From positions 10,074 through 74,073 of the forward strand of contig CBDBDS010000005.1 in the NCBI GenBank assembly GCA_965203985.1: a DNA stretch of 64,000 nucleotides, given 5' to 3'. The translations under genes were made by a program, and so were the position numbers. This DNA comes from Dehalococcoidia bacterium (lineage in GTDB: Bacteria; Chloroflexota; Dehalococcoidia; Lucifugimonadales; UBA3495). Shown here piece by piece: positions 1 to 9,200 of the stretch. The notes beneath the pieces are model-generated. The model made no database searches. It had not been told where the DNA came from and saw only the letters and a list, made by a program, of their open reading frames with translations. Each line of letters begins with the position of its first letter. Positions within the stretch are counted from its first letter, which is position 1.

Positions 1-1672
1 TCACCTCGTGGCTGCGGCCGATGCACGCGGCCTCGGCCACCTTCAGGTTGTCCACCAGCGCCGACTCCACCTCCATGGTGCTGATGCGGTGGGCCGACAC
101 GTTGATCACGTCGTCCACCCGGCCCAGCAGCCAGAAGTAGGACTCCTCGTCCAGCTTCGCGCCGTCGCTGGTGAAGTAGATGCCCTCGTAGTTGGACCAG
201 TACTGCTGCACGAACCGCTCGGGGTCGCCGTAGATGCCGCGCAGCATGCTGGGCCACGGCTTGCGGACCACCAGGTAGCCGCCGCCGCCCGGGCCGATCT
301 CGTTGCCCTGCTCGTCCAGGATCGCCGCGTCGATGCCGGGGAAGGGCTGCGTCGCCGAGCCGGGCTTCAGCGTCGTTATGCCGGGCAGGGCCGAGATCAT
401 CACCGCGCCGGTCTCGGTCTGCCACCAGGTGTCCACCACCGGGCAGCGGCCGCCGCCGATGTGCTGCCAGTACCAGACCCAGGCCTCCGGGTTGATCGGC
501 TCGCCCACCGAGCCCAGCAGGCGCAGCGACGACATGTCGTGCCGGTTGGGATACTCCTCACCCCAGCGCATGAAGGTGCGGATCGCCGTGGGCGCCGTGT
601 AGCAGATGGTGCAGGCGTACTTCTCGACGATGGCCCAGAACCGGTCCCGGTCGGGGTAGTCCGGCGACCCCTCGTACATCACCGTGGTCGCGCCGTTGGC
701 CAGCGGCCCATAGATGATGTAGCTATGGCCGGTGACCCAGCCGATGTCGGCGGTGCACCAGTAGACGTCATCTTCTTTGAGGTCGAAGATCCACTTGCTG
801 GTGGCATAGGTGCCGGTCATGTAGCCGCCGGTGGTGTGGACGATGCCCTTGGGCTTGCCGGTGGTGCCGCTGGTGTACAGCATGAACAGCATGTCTTCGC
901 TGTCCATCTGCTCCGGCTCGCAGGTCAACGGCTGGTCGGCCACCAGGTCGTGCCACCAGACATCGCGACCCTCCACCATTGGGACGTCATGGGCCGTGCG
1001 CTGCACCACCACCACCTTCTCCACCGGGGTGTCGCCCTCGATGGAGGCGTCGGCGTTGAGCTTCAGCGGGATGATGCCGCCGCGACGCCAGCCCCCGTCG
1101 GCCGTGATCATCACCTTGGACTGGGAGTCCTCGATGCGGTCCCGCAGCGACTCCGCGCTGAACCCGCCGAACACGATGCTGTGGGGCGCGCCGATGCGGG
1201 CGCAGGCCAACATGGCGATGGCCAGCTCCGGCACCATGGGCATGTACAGCGTGACCCGGTCGCCCTTCTGCACGCCGAGGCTCTTCAAGCCGTTGGCGAA
1301 CTTGCACACCTCACGGTAAAGGTCGCGGTAGGTGTAGACCTGCCAGTCGCCCGGCTCGCCCTCCCAGATGATGGCCGCCTTGTTCTTGCGCGGCCCCTCC
1401 AGGTGGCGGTCGATGCAGTTGTACGCGGCGTTGAGCTTGCCGCCGACGAACCACTTGGCGAAAGGCGCGTCCGACCAGTCCAGCACGGTGTCCCAGGACT
1501 TGAACCAGTCCAGTTCGCCGGCGAACCGCGCCCAGAACGCCTCGGGATCCCGTAGGGCCTCTTCGTACACGGAGGGGTCGGCGATGTTGGCGTTGGCGGC
1601 GAACTCGGCCGGCGGCGGATACGTCCGGTCTTCCTGCAGCAGGGCCTCAAAAGCGCCGGTATTCTGAGTCAT
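1..1672 (-). CDS. acs: acetyl-CoA synthetase (3' end runs off window)
   Basis: Minus-strand translation [21 protein letters not shown]...; contains [19 protein letters not shown] and DTWWQTETG motifs; GGAGGA RBS upstream. Absent from the ORF track because it is truncated. Confidence 0.95.
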   Translation of the reverse strand, partial: MTQNTGAFEALLQEDRTYPPPAEFAANANIADPSVYEEALRDPEAFWARFAGELDWFKSWDTVLDWSDAPFAKWFVGGKLNAAYNCIDRHLEGPRKNKAAIIWEGEPGDWQVYTYRDLYREVCKFANGLKSLGVQKGDRVTLYMPMVPELAIAMLACARIGAPHSIVFGGFSAESLRDRIEDSQSKVMITADGGWRRGGIIPLKLNADASIEGDTPVEKVVVVQRTAHDVPMVEGRDVWWHDLVADQPLTCEPEQMDSEDMLFMLYTSGTTGKPKGIVHTTGGYMTGTYATSKWIFDLKEDDVYWCTADIGWVTGHSYIIYGPLANGATTVMYEGSPDYPDRDRFWAIVEKYACTICYTAPTAIRTFMRWGEEYPNRHDMSSLRLLGSVGEPINPEAWVWYWQHIGGGRCPVVDTWWQTETGAVMISALPGITTLKPGSATQPFPGIDAAILDEQGNEIGPGGGGYLVVRKPWPSMLRGIYGDPERFVQQYWSNYEGIYFTSDGAKLDEESYFWLLGRVDDVINVSAHRISTMEVESALVDNLKVAEAACIGRSHEV

Positions 1673-1848
1673 GGTAGCAATCCTCCGGAACGGCAAAATA
1701 TTCAAAGCGAGTCAGGCAGATATTAGCATACTGTTTGCCTGTGCCGGCTGACCGAGATCGGAGCGGCCTCCTGGGCTCCCTGTGCTAGAATCCGCCTGCG
1801 ATAGCCCCGGCGATAGCCCCGGCGACACGATGCCAGGAAGGAAAAGAG

Positions 1849-2539
1849 ATGACAACGGTAGGCGCTGTCCCAATCTACCTGACCAGGCTCTTCACCCCCG
1901 AGGAGTGTGACGTCATGGTTCAGGCCGGCATCATCGCCGCAGACGAACGGGCCGACGCGCTCGCGGGTGTCCGCCGCTTCACGGTGGATGAGTATATGGC
2001 CATGGGCGAGGCCGGCATTCTGCACGAAGACGACCGTATCGAACTGATCGACGGGGAAATAATCATTATGCCGCCCATCGGGCGATCCTCACGAGGTCAG
2101 CACTGATTGGCTGACCAGACTATTCGTACCGCCTCTGATCGGTCGTGCAATCGTGCGGGTGCAGGGGGCAATCCGCCTGAACGACCGCAGCGCGCCGCAA
2201 CCTGACATTGCGGTGTTGCGTGAGCGTCCTTTGAGCGAGGTGGGGCCATATTTCCCGCCGGACGTACACCTGGTCATCGAGGTCGCCGACAGCACGCTCG
2301 CCTACGATCAGGGCGCGAAGCTGGCGCGGTACGCCGCCGCCGGTATCCCGGAGGTGTGGGTAGCCAACCTGCGGGCGCAGGAAGTCACGGCCTACGCCGA
2401 GCCCAACGGCGCGGAGTACGCCGCCGTCCGAACCTACCGGTCCGGCGATAGCATCAGCCCCCGGTCCTTCCCCGACGTGGTCCTGGCGGTGTCCGACTTC
2501 ATGCCGCCGGCCGGGCCGGACACCGCCGAAACGCTCTAG
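1849..2539 (+). pseudogene. Uma2 family (PD-(D/E)XK) endonuclease, frameshifted
   Basis: ORFs 1849-2106 (RRFTVDEY..RIELIDGEI..MPPIG) and 2153-2539 (PQPDIAV..LVIEVADSTL.YD..K...YA.AGIPEVW) join into one Uma2 if one G is removed near 2079-2082. Confidence 0.85.
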
Positions 2540-2599
2540 ACCTGCTCGTATCCGCTACGGCAGCGGCCCGTACCACCGGGCCAAGATCTCGTCCACCTT
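2451..2599 (+). repeat. ~149-bp direct repeat copy 1 (Uma2 3' end + lipoprotein 3' end)
   Basis: Aligns by eye with 3083-3231 at roughly 90% identity. Confidence 0.9.
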
Positions 2600-2669
2600 C
2601 GACGCGCCCGCCGCCGGCCGGAATACCCCTCCGCGCCGGTATAATGGAAAAAGCAGCCACACGTGAGGC

Positions 2670-3050
2670 TTGATGATGGGAACTTTCACCTACCCCATAG
2701 AAGTCATTTCGGCGGACGGCAACACCTCCGAGACAGTGGAGGCGACCGTTGACACCGGTTCCACTTACACTTGCCTGCCAGCAACCCTGCTGCAGAGGCT
2801 CGGGATAGCGCCCGTTGAGCGCATCAAATCGGAACTGGCCGACGGTAGTATTGTCGAAGATGCCGTCGGCGAAGTGCGTGTCAGGGTAGAGGGAGTCGAG
2901 CGATCTACCATCGTCATCTTCGCCGAAGAAGGCGCTCCCGCCCTGCTCGGCGCCTACACCCTCGAAGGCGCGCTGCTCGTCGTTGACCCGGTGCGGCAGC
3001 GGCTGGCGCCAACCCACGCGCTGCGGTATGGGAACTGGGTAATACAATGA
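2670..3050 (+). CDS. clan AA (retropepsin-like) aspartic protease
   Basis: VDTGSTYT catalytic motif and LLGAYTLE C-terminal motif; TATAAT at 2640-2645. Confidence 0.85.
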   Translation: MMMGTFTYPIEVISADGNTSETVEATVDTGSTYTCLPATLLQRLGIAPVERIKSELADGSIVEDAVGEVRVRVEGVERSTIVIFAEEGAPALLGAYTLEGALLVVDPVRQRLAPTHALRYGNWVIQ

Positions 3051-3082
3051 TCGAAACTATTCCTCTGGAAGTCTTCTCCGCC

Positions 3083-3231
3083 GCATCAGCCCCCGCACCT
3101 TCCCCGACCTGGTACCGGCGGTGTCCGACTTCATGCCACCGGCCGGGCCGGACAGCGCCGAAACGCTCTAGACCTGCTCGTGTCCCCTACGGCAGCGGCC
3201 CGTACCACCGGGCCACGATCTCGTCCACCTT
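3083..3231 (+). repeat. ~149-bp direct repeat copy 2
   Basis: Partner of 2451-2599; 632-bp offset. Confidence 0.9.
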
Positions 3232-4920
3232 GGCCGCCTGCGCTTCAGACACGTCGGCCTTGAAAGCCGCGACCAGGTGGCAGATGCCAAGTTCCGTACC
3301 CTCGCAGTCGTCGGAGTAGTCCTCCGCCTGCGATTTCAGGTACAGGCTGCGGAACCCCTGCCGGAAGGTTTCCTCGCCCAGACTGTGGTACAAGTCAAGA
3401 AATATCTGCTCGCCCAACGAGTAGTTGCAGTTGAACCCCCGCGTCCCCAATGCGTCGGGATCCATAGCCTCCAGTTCCCCTATCGTCTTCGCCGCCGCGC
3501 AGGGGTTGTTCGTCACTCCTATGGGCGTCTCGTCCCTAGCGTATTCAGAGATACTGCCGAGGATTTCCGCGGCGCCTTCGTCGATCCAATCTCGGTTGCC
3601 ACGCCAATAGTAGTGCGCCACTTCGTGGGCGATCACAAATGGCGTGTAGTCCCACCAATAACCGTTTTCCACATCAAACAGCAATTGCATCGCCATGTGT
3701 GTACCAAAGTTGGTCCCTCCCGATCCCGGGAACACCGCGTCGTCGTAGAGCAGGGCGATGTAGCCGGTGGGCATGCCCTCACCCATGAACTCCTCGACGG
3801 CGCGCACACTGTGTTCCAGGAAGTCCATGCTGGCCGTCGATTGATCACGTATACGCACGACGGACAACAATGTTTCTCCGGCCAGGGGCAATTGAATGGT
3901 ACGCTCTTCCACCTTGACGCCTGCGCCGCGCAACAGCGCATCACCCGATTCCGGACGATATGAATAGGTTCCGCCCAGCAGCGCAACCATTTTCGCCTCT
4001 TCGTCTGTGATACCGCCCTCCAGTCTCGTATCAGCCAGCACGTCCAAGAAGGTTTGCTCATCGTCACGCTCGAGCCTCTGCAAAGACATCACCGCCAGGG
4101 CATCCGTGCTGGTCACCGTTTCCAGGAACGGCATAGAGAGCGTTCGGATCGTCGCGTCAATGATGTTTTCCCGGACCAGATCGTCCTCGATCCAAACCAG
4201 CCAGTAGAGGTTTTGGGCCACCGTTGCTTCATGGGCGGTAATGCCATCGACAAACCAGGATTTTTGCAAGACCGCGGGAGCCAACTCGTCCCCGTAAAAC
4301 GCCATCCAGCGCGCCGAATCCAGCGCTGTTGCCTCTTCGCCGAATACGCCATCTTCAAGCCAGTCGAGCTCTATGGCAATTGAGAAGACCTCGGGGTACC
4401 AGACCGCAAGGTCCACAAGGTCCTGCGCGGGCACCTCCTCGCCTTCGTCCAATCCGTCTGCAATCCAGGAAAGGCTCCCAACCTGGCTCGCGAGCTTCCG
4501 TTCGTTGTCTGCCAGCCATTCGCCGTTTTTCAGTTCCCTGACCGCGCTCGGTATAGTTGGCGTGTTCGTTGGCCTGGGCGCGAACGTGGGTATCGGCGTG
4601 GGCGTTGACTGCGGCCGCGGTGTGTAAGTCGGCTTGGGTGTTGCGGCAGGCGCGGTCGTCGGCGTGGGTTGGGGCGTAAACGTAGGCACGGGGGTGTAGG
4701 TGGGCGGCGGCGGATACGTCGGTTCCCGCGTGTAAGTCGGCGTGGGCGGCACGTCGGTCGCCGTGAGAGTCGGCGTGGGTGTTGCGGTCACCGCCGCAGT
4801 CGGAGCGGCGGCTGGTGCAGCCGACGGAGGCTCGCCGGACGTGCACGCCGCCATCGCCGCGACCAGGCCGATGGCCAATGACGCCAGCAACCAGATCAAT
4901 GATCGCAGCCCGCTAGCCAT
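3187..4920 (-). CDS. Pro/Thr-rich lipoprotein with C-terminal gluzincin (M1-like) metallopeptidase domain
   Basis: GGAGG RBS before ATG 4920; hydrophobic signal ending AMAAC; PTxTP linker; HEVAH...WIDEG zinc motif. Confidence 0.75.
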   Translation of the reverse strand: MASGLRSLIWLLASLAIGLVAAMAACTSGEPPSAAPAAAPTAAVTATPTPTLTATDVPPTPTYTREPTYPPPPTYTPVPTFTPQPTPTTAPAATPKPTYTPRPQSTPTPIPTFAPRPTNTPTIPSAVRELKNGEWLADNERKLASQVGSLSWIADGLDEGEEVPAQDLVDLAVWYPEVFSIAIELDWLEDGVFGEEATALDSARWMAFYGDELAPAVLQKSWFVDGITAHEATVAQNLYWLVWIEDDLVRENIIDATIRTLSMPFLETVTSTDALAVMSLQRLERDDEQTFLDVLADTRLEGGITDEEAKMVALLGGTYSYRPESGDALLRGAGVKVEERTIQLPLAGETLLSVVRIRDQSTASMDFLEHSVRAVEEFMGEGMPTGYIALLYDDAVFPGSGGTNFGTHMAMQLLFDVENGYWWDYTPFVIAHEVAHYYWRGNRDWIDEGAAEILGSISEYARDETPIGVTNNPCAAAKTIGELEAMDPDALGTRGFNCNYSLGEQIFLDLYHSLGEETFRQGFRSLYLKSQAEDYSDDCEGTELGICHLVAAFKADVSEAQAAKVDEIVARWYGPLP

Positions 4921-4980
4921 GGATCGCCCTCCCAATTCAGGGCGGCATGATAGCACGGGGCCAATCAGCCCGCGGGACCA

Positions 4981-5033
4981 GTGCCGTATAACGCCGTCCG
5001 CCGGAGGTTCCGCCATGATCCTCATCCTGACCA
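4981..5033 (+). repeat. copy of amidohydrolase promoter/RBS/first codons (copy 1 of 3)
   Basis: gtgccgtataacgccgtccgccggaggttccgccATGatcctcatcctgacc matches 5692-5757 and 5903-5958. Confidence 0.85.
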
Positions 5034-5189
5034 TCGACGAACTGCTCGCCGGAGCGGGCGTTTCGTATCCGCGTGGCGGCGCGCCGGCCACCTTCCGCCC
5101 GGCTCCGCGCCGTCGCCGCAGCCAAGGCCGGCAGAGCAGCTTGGTCTGACGCCAGTACCCTCTCCACCCGTCATCCCAGCCCTCACCCT

Positions 5190-5216
5190 GTCATTGCGAG
5201 CGCAGTGCGGCAATCC
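5190..5216 (+). repeat. GTCATTGCGAG-type palindromic element, half copy
   Basis: gtcattgcgagcgcagtgcggcaatcc, same family as 15130, 34513 and 61383. Confidence 0.7.
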
Positions 5217-5248
5217 CGTCGGCTCGGCGCCCACGCGCCAACCAACCC

Positions 5249-5291
5249 AATCCTGTTAAATCATAAAATCCTGTAAATCCTGCTTCAGACA
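5249..5291 (+). repeat. AATCCTG-rich palindromic element (family B), right half only
   Basis: aatcctgttaaatcataaaatcctgtaaatcctgcttcagac matches the right arms of 11654, 30242 and 60291. Confidence 0.75.
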
Positions 5292-5691
5292 TCCCCCTTG
5301 ATCTGTTCAGAACGTGCGTGCTATACTGGCTTTGCAGGCGAGATATTCACGTCCCGACCAGGTCTCAAGCGAAAACGGCCACCCAGATCAGCATCCAAGT
5401 CGCTAAACGGCGTCATGGGAGACTGTCTCTGATCATATTACTCAGGGTAGTCGCCCGGCCACCGGGCCCGCCACAGCCCGCCGTGCCGTGGGCACGGACA
5501 ATGAGAGCAAAAAACACAGCGCAACACCCCCGGCCGTGGGGCTGATAACCGCTCCGAGACCTGGTCGCCAATCACAAATCCACCGCCTGCGCCACCACAA
5601 TCCTGGAGGCAGTCCATCGCAGCATAAACCTCGCTTCTCCGGTCGGCAGCGGTCATCGCCTGTGCCCTGCCGACCCGCAACCCTCCGGCCC

Positions 5692-5757
5692 GTGCCGTAT
5701 AATGCCGTCCGCCGGAGGTTCCGCCATGTCCCTGATCCTGACCAACTCCAACCTCAT
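5692..5757 (+). repeat. copy of amidohydrolase promoter/RBS/first codons (copy 2 of 3)
   Basis: TATAAT + GGAGG + ATG tcc ctg atc ctg acc aac tcc aac ctc (MSLILTNSNL) versus real gene MTLILTNANL. Confidence 0.85.
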
Positions 5758-5923
5758 AAAATCCCGGCTGCGGTTTTGGCGGCGATCAAAGAGTCCATAA
5801 CGGCCGCCGCGTCGTAACGTATCCAACGCTGGGGCCGCAGATAACGGCTTACGTTTGCAGAGGTCATTTCCGGCTCATTTCAGTTTCATTTCGGCTTCGT
5901 TTCCGTCCGCCGGAGGTTCCGCC

Positions 5924-7123
5924 ATGACCCTCATCTTGACCAACGCCAACCTCATCGACTGTGTGCACGAGGGCGTGACGCCGGATGCCACCGTGGTAAT
6001 TGACGACGACCGCATCGTCGAGGTTGGCGCCGGCAGGGCCAGCGCATCCGGCGCAACGGTGATCGACCTGCGGGGTGCGTTCCTGATGCCCGGCCTGTGG
6101 GACGTGCACATCCATCCTGAGTATCCTGTCCCGCCCGGCACCACCGTGGCCCAGGAGACCGCCAATTTCGGCCGCGCCCTTTCCCTGGCGCTGACCGAGG
6201 GCGGCGTCACCGCCGTGCGCTGCGGCGGCGCGGCACACTTCATGGACGTGGCCTGGAAGCGCGCCTTCGACTCCGGCGACGTGGTCGGGCCTCGCGTTTT
6301 CGCCTCGGGCTACTTCCTGACCACCACCGGCGGCCACTTCCTCACCTCGGGACAGGCGAGGGAGTGCGACGGGCCCTACGGCTTCGTCCAGGCCATCCGC
6401 GAGCAGATCAAGAACGGCGTGGACCACATCAAGCTGAACCTCACCGGCGGCATCATGGGGCCGGACTGGGACCGCCACTGGCATTCATTCTTCCTGGAGG
6501 ATGAGCTAACCGCCGCCTTCGCCATCGCCCGCCAACGCGAGTTTCCGGTGATGGCCCACGCGGCCAACCCCGACGCCGTCAAGTCCGCCCTGTGCCTGGG
6601 CGCGCATACCGTCGAGCACGGCTACATCATGGACGAGGAGTGCATCGCCACCCTGGCCGAGTCGCCCACCTGGTACGTGCCCACCCTGGCCATCTCCCAC
6701 CTGACCGATGGGCAGGCCCAAAACGAATACGAAAGGCGCTGGCTGGCCCAGCGCAACATCGCCCAGGAGTTGCAGTGCCGCGCCGACGCTGCCTCCGACG
6801 AGCACGCCTACTGGTTCCGCCGCGCCCTGGACTCCGGGGCGAAGATGGCGCTGGGCTCGGACATCCGCCCCCTGCGCGAGGCCGCCCTGCTGGAGATGGG
6901 CCTGTGGGTTCGCGACGGCGCCACCACCTGGCAGACCCTGATCGCCGCCACCCGCAACGCCGCCGAGCTGTGTCTGGTCGGCGACCGGCTGGGTACCGTG
7001 GAGGCCGGCAAACTCGCCGACCTCATCGTAGTGGGCGCCAACCCGCTGGACGACATCAACAACCTGCGGCAGTTGCGGCTGGTGATTAAAGACGGGCGGG
7101 TAGTTTCGGATAAGCGGGGGTAA
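5924..7123 (+). CDS. metal-dependent amidohydrolase family protein
   Basis: IDL.G.FLMPGLWDVHIH, GVDHIK, AHA, EHG, G.VEAGKLADLIVV motifs; GGAGG RBS. Confidence 0.92.
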   Translation: MTLILTNANLIDCVHEGVTPDATVVIDDDRIVEVGAGRASASGATVIDLRGAFLMPGLWDVHIHPEYPVPPGTTVAQETANFGRALSLALTEGGVTAVRCGGAAHFMDVAWKRAFDSGDVVGPRVFASGYFLTTTGGHFLTSGQARECDGPYGFVQAIREQIKNGVDHIKLNLTGGIMGPDWDRHWHSFFLEDELTAAFAIARQREFPVMAHAANPDAVKSALCLGAHTVEHGYIMDEECIATLAESPTWYVPTLAISHLTDGQAQNEYERRWLAQRNIAQELQCRADAASDEHAYWFRRALDSGAKMALGSDIRPLREAALLEMGLWVRDGATTWQTLIAATRNAAELCLVGDRLGTVEAGKLADLIVVGANPLDDINNLRQLRLVIKDGRVVSDKRG

Positions 7124-7140
7124 AAACGAATATCCACCGA

Positions 7141-8301
7141 TTAGCCATCGGGGGATGCTACCTCAATTTGGTGACCGCTGGCTTCCCGGTATGCTTCATG
7201 TATAGCGGCCAAAATTGCATCCCAATCGTATTTCTTTTGGGATAATCGTCGGTAGCGAGCCTTTCGTGACGTATCTGCATCAATTATCTCATCAACTCGG
7301 TGACGTGAACCAGGAACCAAGATGTCCCCTGTAGGCCAAAACTTTATCTCACCCCCGCGCTCTTTACCGGCCGACAGAAGATTGTCGAACGATACCAAGT
7401 CCCACCCTTTCCCGGGTACCCGCAGTTCCAACCTGATGTGATCGTCTTTGCCGCTGATACGTGTAGTCAGGTCGGCGATTTTTAGTTGTTCCATCGCAAT
7501 TGCCGCATCATAGAGCCGCTGCAAGTCCGCGTGAAATCTTTCTGGCGAGCGTTTGATGCTTGCCTCGAAAGCTGCGGCACCCTGAACACGTTCCGATTTC
7601 CTCGAAGTCGCTGGCATTATTTCCTGTTCCCGCCGCCTAAGTCGAGTTTGGTACTCTGAAGCTTCAGGCAACGGGATTATCACGCTTGCTTCGATCAAGG
7701 TCTCATCATCGTTGCGAAGTGGCTGTAGCCGAACGCACTTGATTTCCTGGCCGGCTTCTCTTAGCCAGGAATCGTTGAGCCACATTACGCAAGTGGTAAG
7801 TTCTTTGCCAAAGTCCTCCGAAGCTAAAATAATTCGGGGTATACCGGTATGAATCACCGGGTCGTCTTGGTCATTGCTCGACAAATGTTCTCGGAGGCGG
7901 CTTTCGGCGTCGTCTGGCTCGTCGGTGTCCCATTCTTCATTGGCTCTCTTGTCTAGGTAGTCTTGGTAAGTGTCCACGGCTTGTTGGAATGTCATATTGG
8001 CGACCATTGCGGCATACCGGATGGCTTGCAAATCCATGTGGCCGCCGGTCTCCCCTCGTTTCAGCTCAACCACTACCAAGCGGCCTTCGGCGTCCAAGCC
8101 CAGTAAGTCGATTCGGCGGTTGGAATCTTCCCAGTTGCCGAATTCCTCAGCTATGATTAGCAGCCCGTCCTCCAGCACTTCTGGCCGGTCGCGCAGCATA
8201 CGTTGCAAGTCTGATCGTTCCAACACGCCCTGTTGGCCGAACGATGTTGGAGCAACTTCTATCAGTTCCTCCTTATTTCCTACCATTTTGTAGATAGCCA
8301 C
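7141..8301 (-). CDS. NucS/DUF91-like PD-(D/E)XK endonuclease with unassigned C-terminal domain
   Basis: RRIDLLGLDAEGRLVVVELKR..H..LQAIRYAAM motif; GTG start; lower GC than neighbours. Confidence 0.75.
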   Translation of the reverse strand: MAIYKMVGNKEELIEVAPTSFGQQGVLERSDLQRMLRDRPEVLEDGLLIIAEEFGNWEDSNRRIDLLGLDAEGRLVVVELKRGETGGHMDLQAIRYAAMVANMTFQQAVDTYQDYLDKRANEEWDTDEPDDAESRLREHLSSNDQDDPVIHTGIPRIILASEDFGKELTTCVMWLNDSWLREAGQEIKCVRLQPLRNDDETLIEASVIIPLPEASEYQTRLRRREQEIMPATSRKSERVQGAAAFEASIKRSPERFHADLQRLYDAAIAMEQLKIADLTTRISGKDDHIRLELRVPGKGWDLVSFDNLLSAGKERGGEIKFWPTGDILVPGSRHRVDEIIDADTSRKARYRRLSQKKYDWDAILAAIHEAYREASGHQIEVASPDG

Positions 8302-8316
8302 ACTAATCTCCCTGTG

Positions 8317-8865
8317 TCATCCTGTCGACTCTGGCGCCGCCCGTGTCGCCCGCCGCTCGGATCCATTCCTGGAAGGCTGCCAGGGTTCCACCAACGGCGT
8401 AACATCCACCGGCTCCAAGCGATAAACCTTGCCATACTGGGCGGCGGTTTCAAGGTCGCCGGCTTCCAGCGCGGCGCGGGCGGCGTCCATGCGGCGCAGG
8501 TCATGGGGACGGATTCCCTCCCCCCAAGGAGAACCGGGGCCGGAGAGTTCGGTTTGCATTTCTACGACGTAGCCGTTGACTTCCTCCATTCTGGTACGAT
8601 ATTGCGCGTAATGCGGCCTGACTTCCCCGGCAATCGCCTGAGGAACCAGACGATACAGGTCTCCGTATGACGCGGCGACGTTCAGATAACCACGGTCAAT
8701 AGCGTCGCGAAAGTCATCAATACGGTCTAAATCGAAGATATGCACCAGGATGCCTCGCGGATGGTCCGGTTCAATCAGAAGTTGTTCGAGCCGCACGGCA
8801 TAGCCCCGGTGGTAAATCATGCGGTCGATAACTTCTTTCTCGTGCTCGTGAATTTTCATCGTCAT
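8317..8865 (-). CDS. putative antitoxin partner of DUF4258, two tandem similar domains
   Basis: Start overlaps the DUF4258 stop (ATGA); two units ending AIDRGYLNVAASYGDLYRLVP and ALEAGDLETAAQYGKVYRLEP. Confidence 0.65.
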   Translation of the reverse strand: MTMKIHEHEKEVIDRMIYHRGYAVRLEQLLIEPDHPRGILVHIFDLDRIDDFRDAIDRGYLNVAASYGDLYRLVPQAIAGEVRPHYAQYRTRMEEVNGYVVEMQTELSGPGSPWGEGIRPHDLRRMDAARAALEAGDLETAAQYGKVYRLEPVDVTPLVEPWQPSRNGSERRATRAAPESTG

Positions 8866-9179
8866 CGCCTCGTCATCAAATCCGGTTCCCACCGCTCGTC
8901 AGGTCGGTACGCAGTAATCACCCAAGCCATGCCGGGGTCGGATTCCTTGATACCCCAAACTACGTGCAAAGGCTGGCCGGCTGCGTCATCTTGCAACGAT
9001 AGCAAACTTGGGCCGATTTCGCCCGTCGGATATTCTTCTACCACGACGGCGTCCATGATCCCACCAACCAGATCGGCATCGCTGAACCGGCGAGTCGCTC
9101 GGCGGAACTTGCCATGTCCGCTGGCGTCCCACCTCCCGGCGGCAACCAACGCTTGCACCTGTTCCATCAGGGAAGGCAT
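8862..9179 (-). CDS. DUF4258 family putative toxin (RelE-like)
   Basis: 105 aa; S.H...R, VEEYP..GPS.L.L..PLHVVWGI..VITAYRPD..W pattern. Confidence 0.8.
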   Translation of the reverse strand: MPSLMEQVQALVAAGRWDASGHGKFRRATRRFSDADLVGGIMDAVVVEEYPTGEIGPSLLSLQDDAAGQPLHVVWGIKESDPGMAWVITAYRPDERWEPDLMTRR

Positions 9180-9200
9180 CGGCCGCCGCCGGAACCCCGT

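Noticed and set aside
8-1555. 515-aa plus-strand ORF and other long GC-rich ORFs opposite real genes (e.g. 9114, 10630, 19785, 23922, 32792, 35042, 38425, 41038, 55131)
   Set aside because: Antisense shadows of well-supported genes; no motifs of their own.
1799-1826. 12-bp tandem repeat cgatagccccgg x2
   Set aside because: Only two units with no spacers; not CRISPR, and no functional inference is possible.
4560-4800. Repetitive DNA as a possible CRISPR or VNTR
   Set aside because: Encodes the Pro/Thr linker of the lipoprotein. There is no repeat-spacer array or cas gene anywhere in the window.
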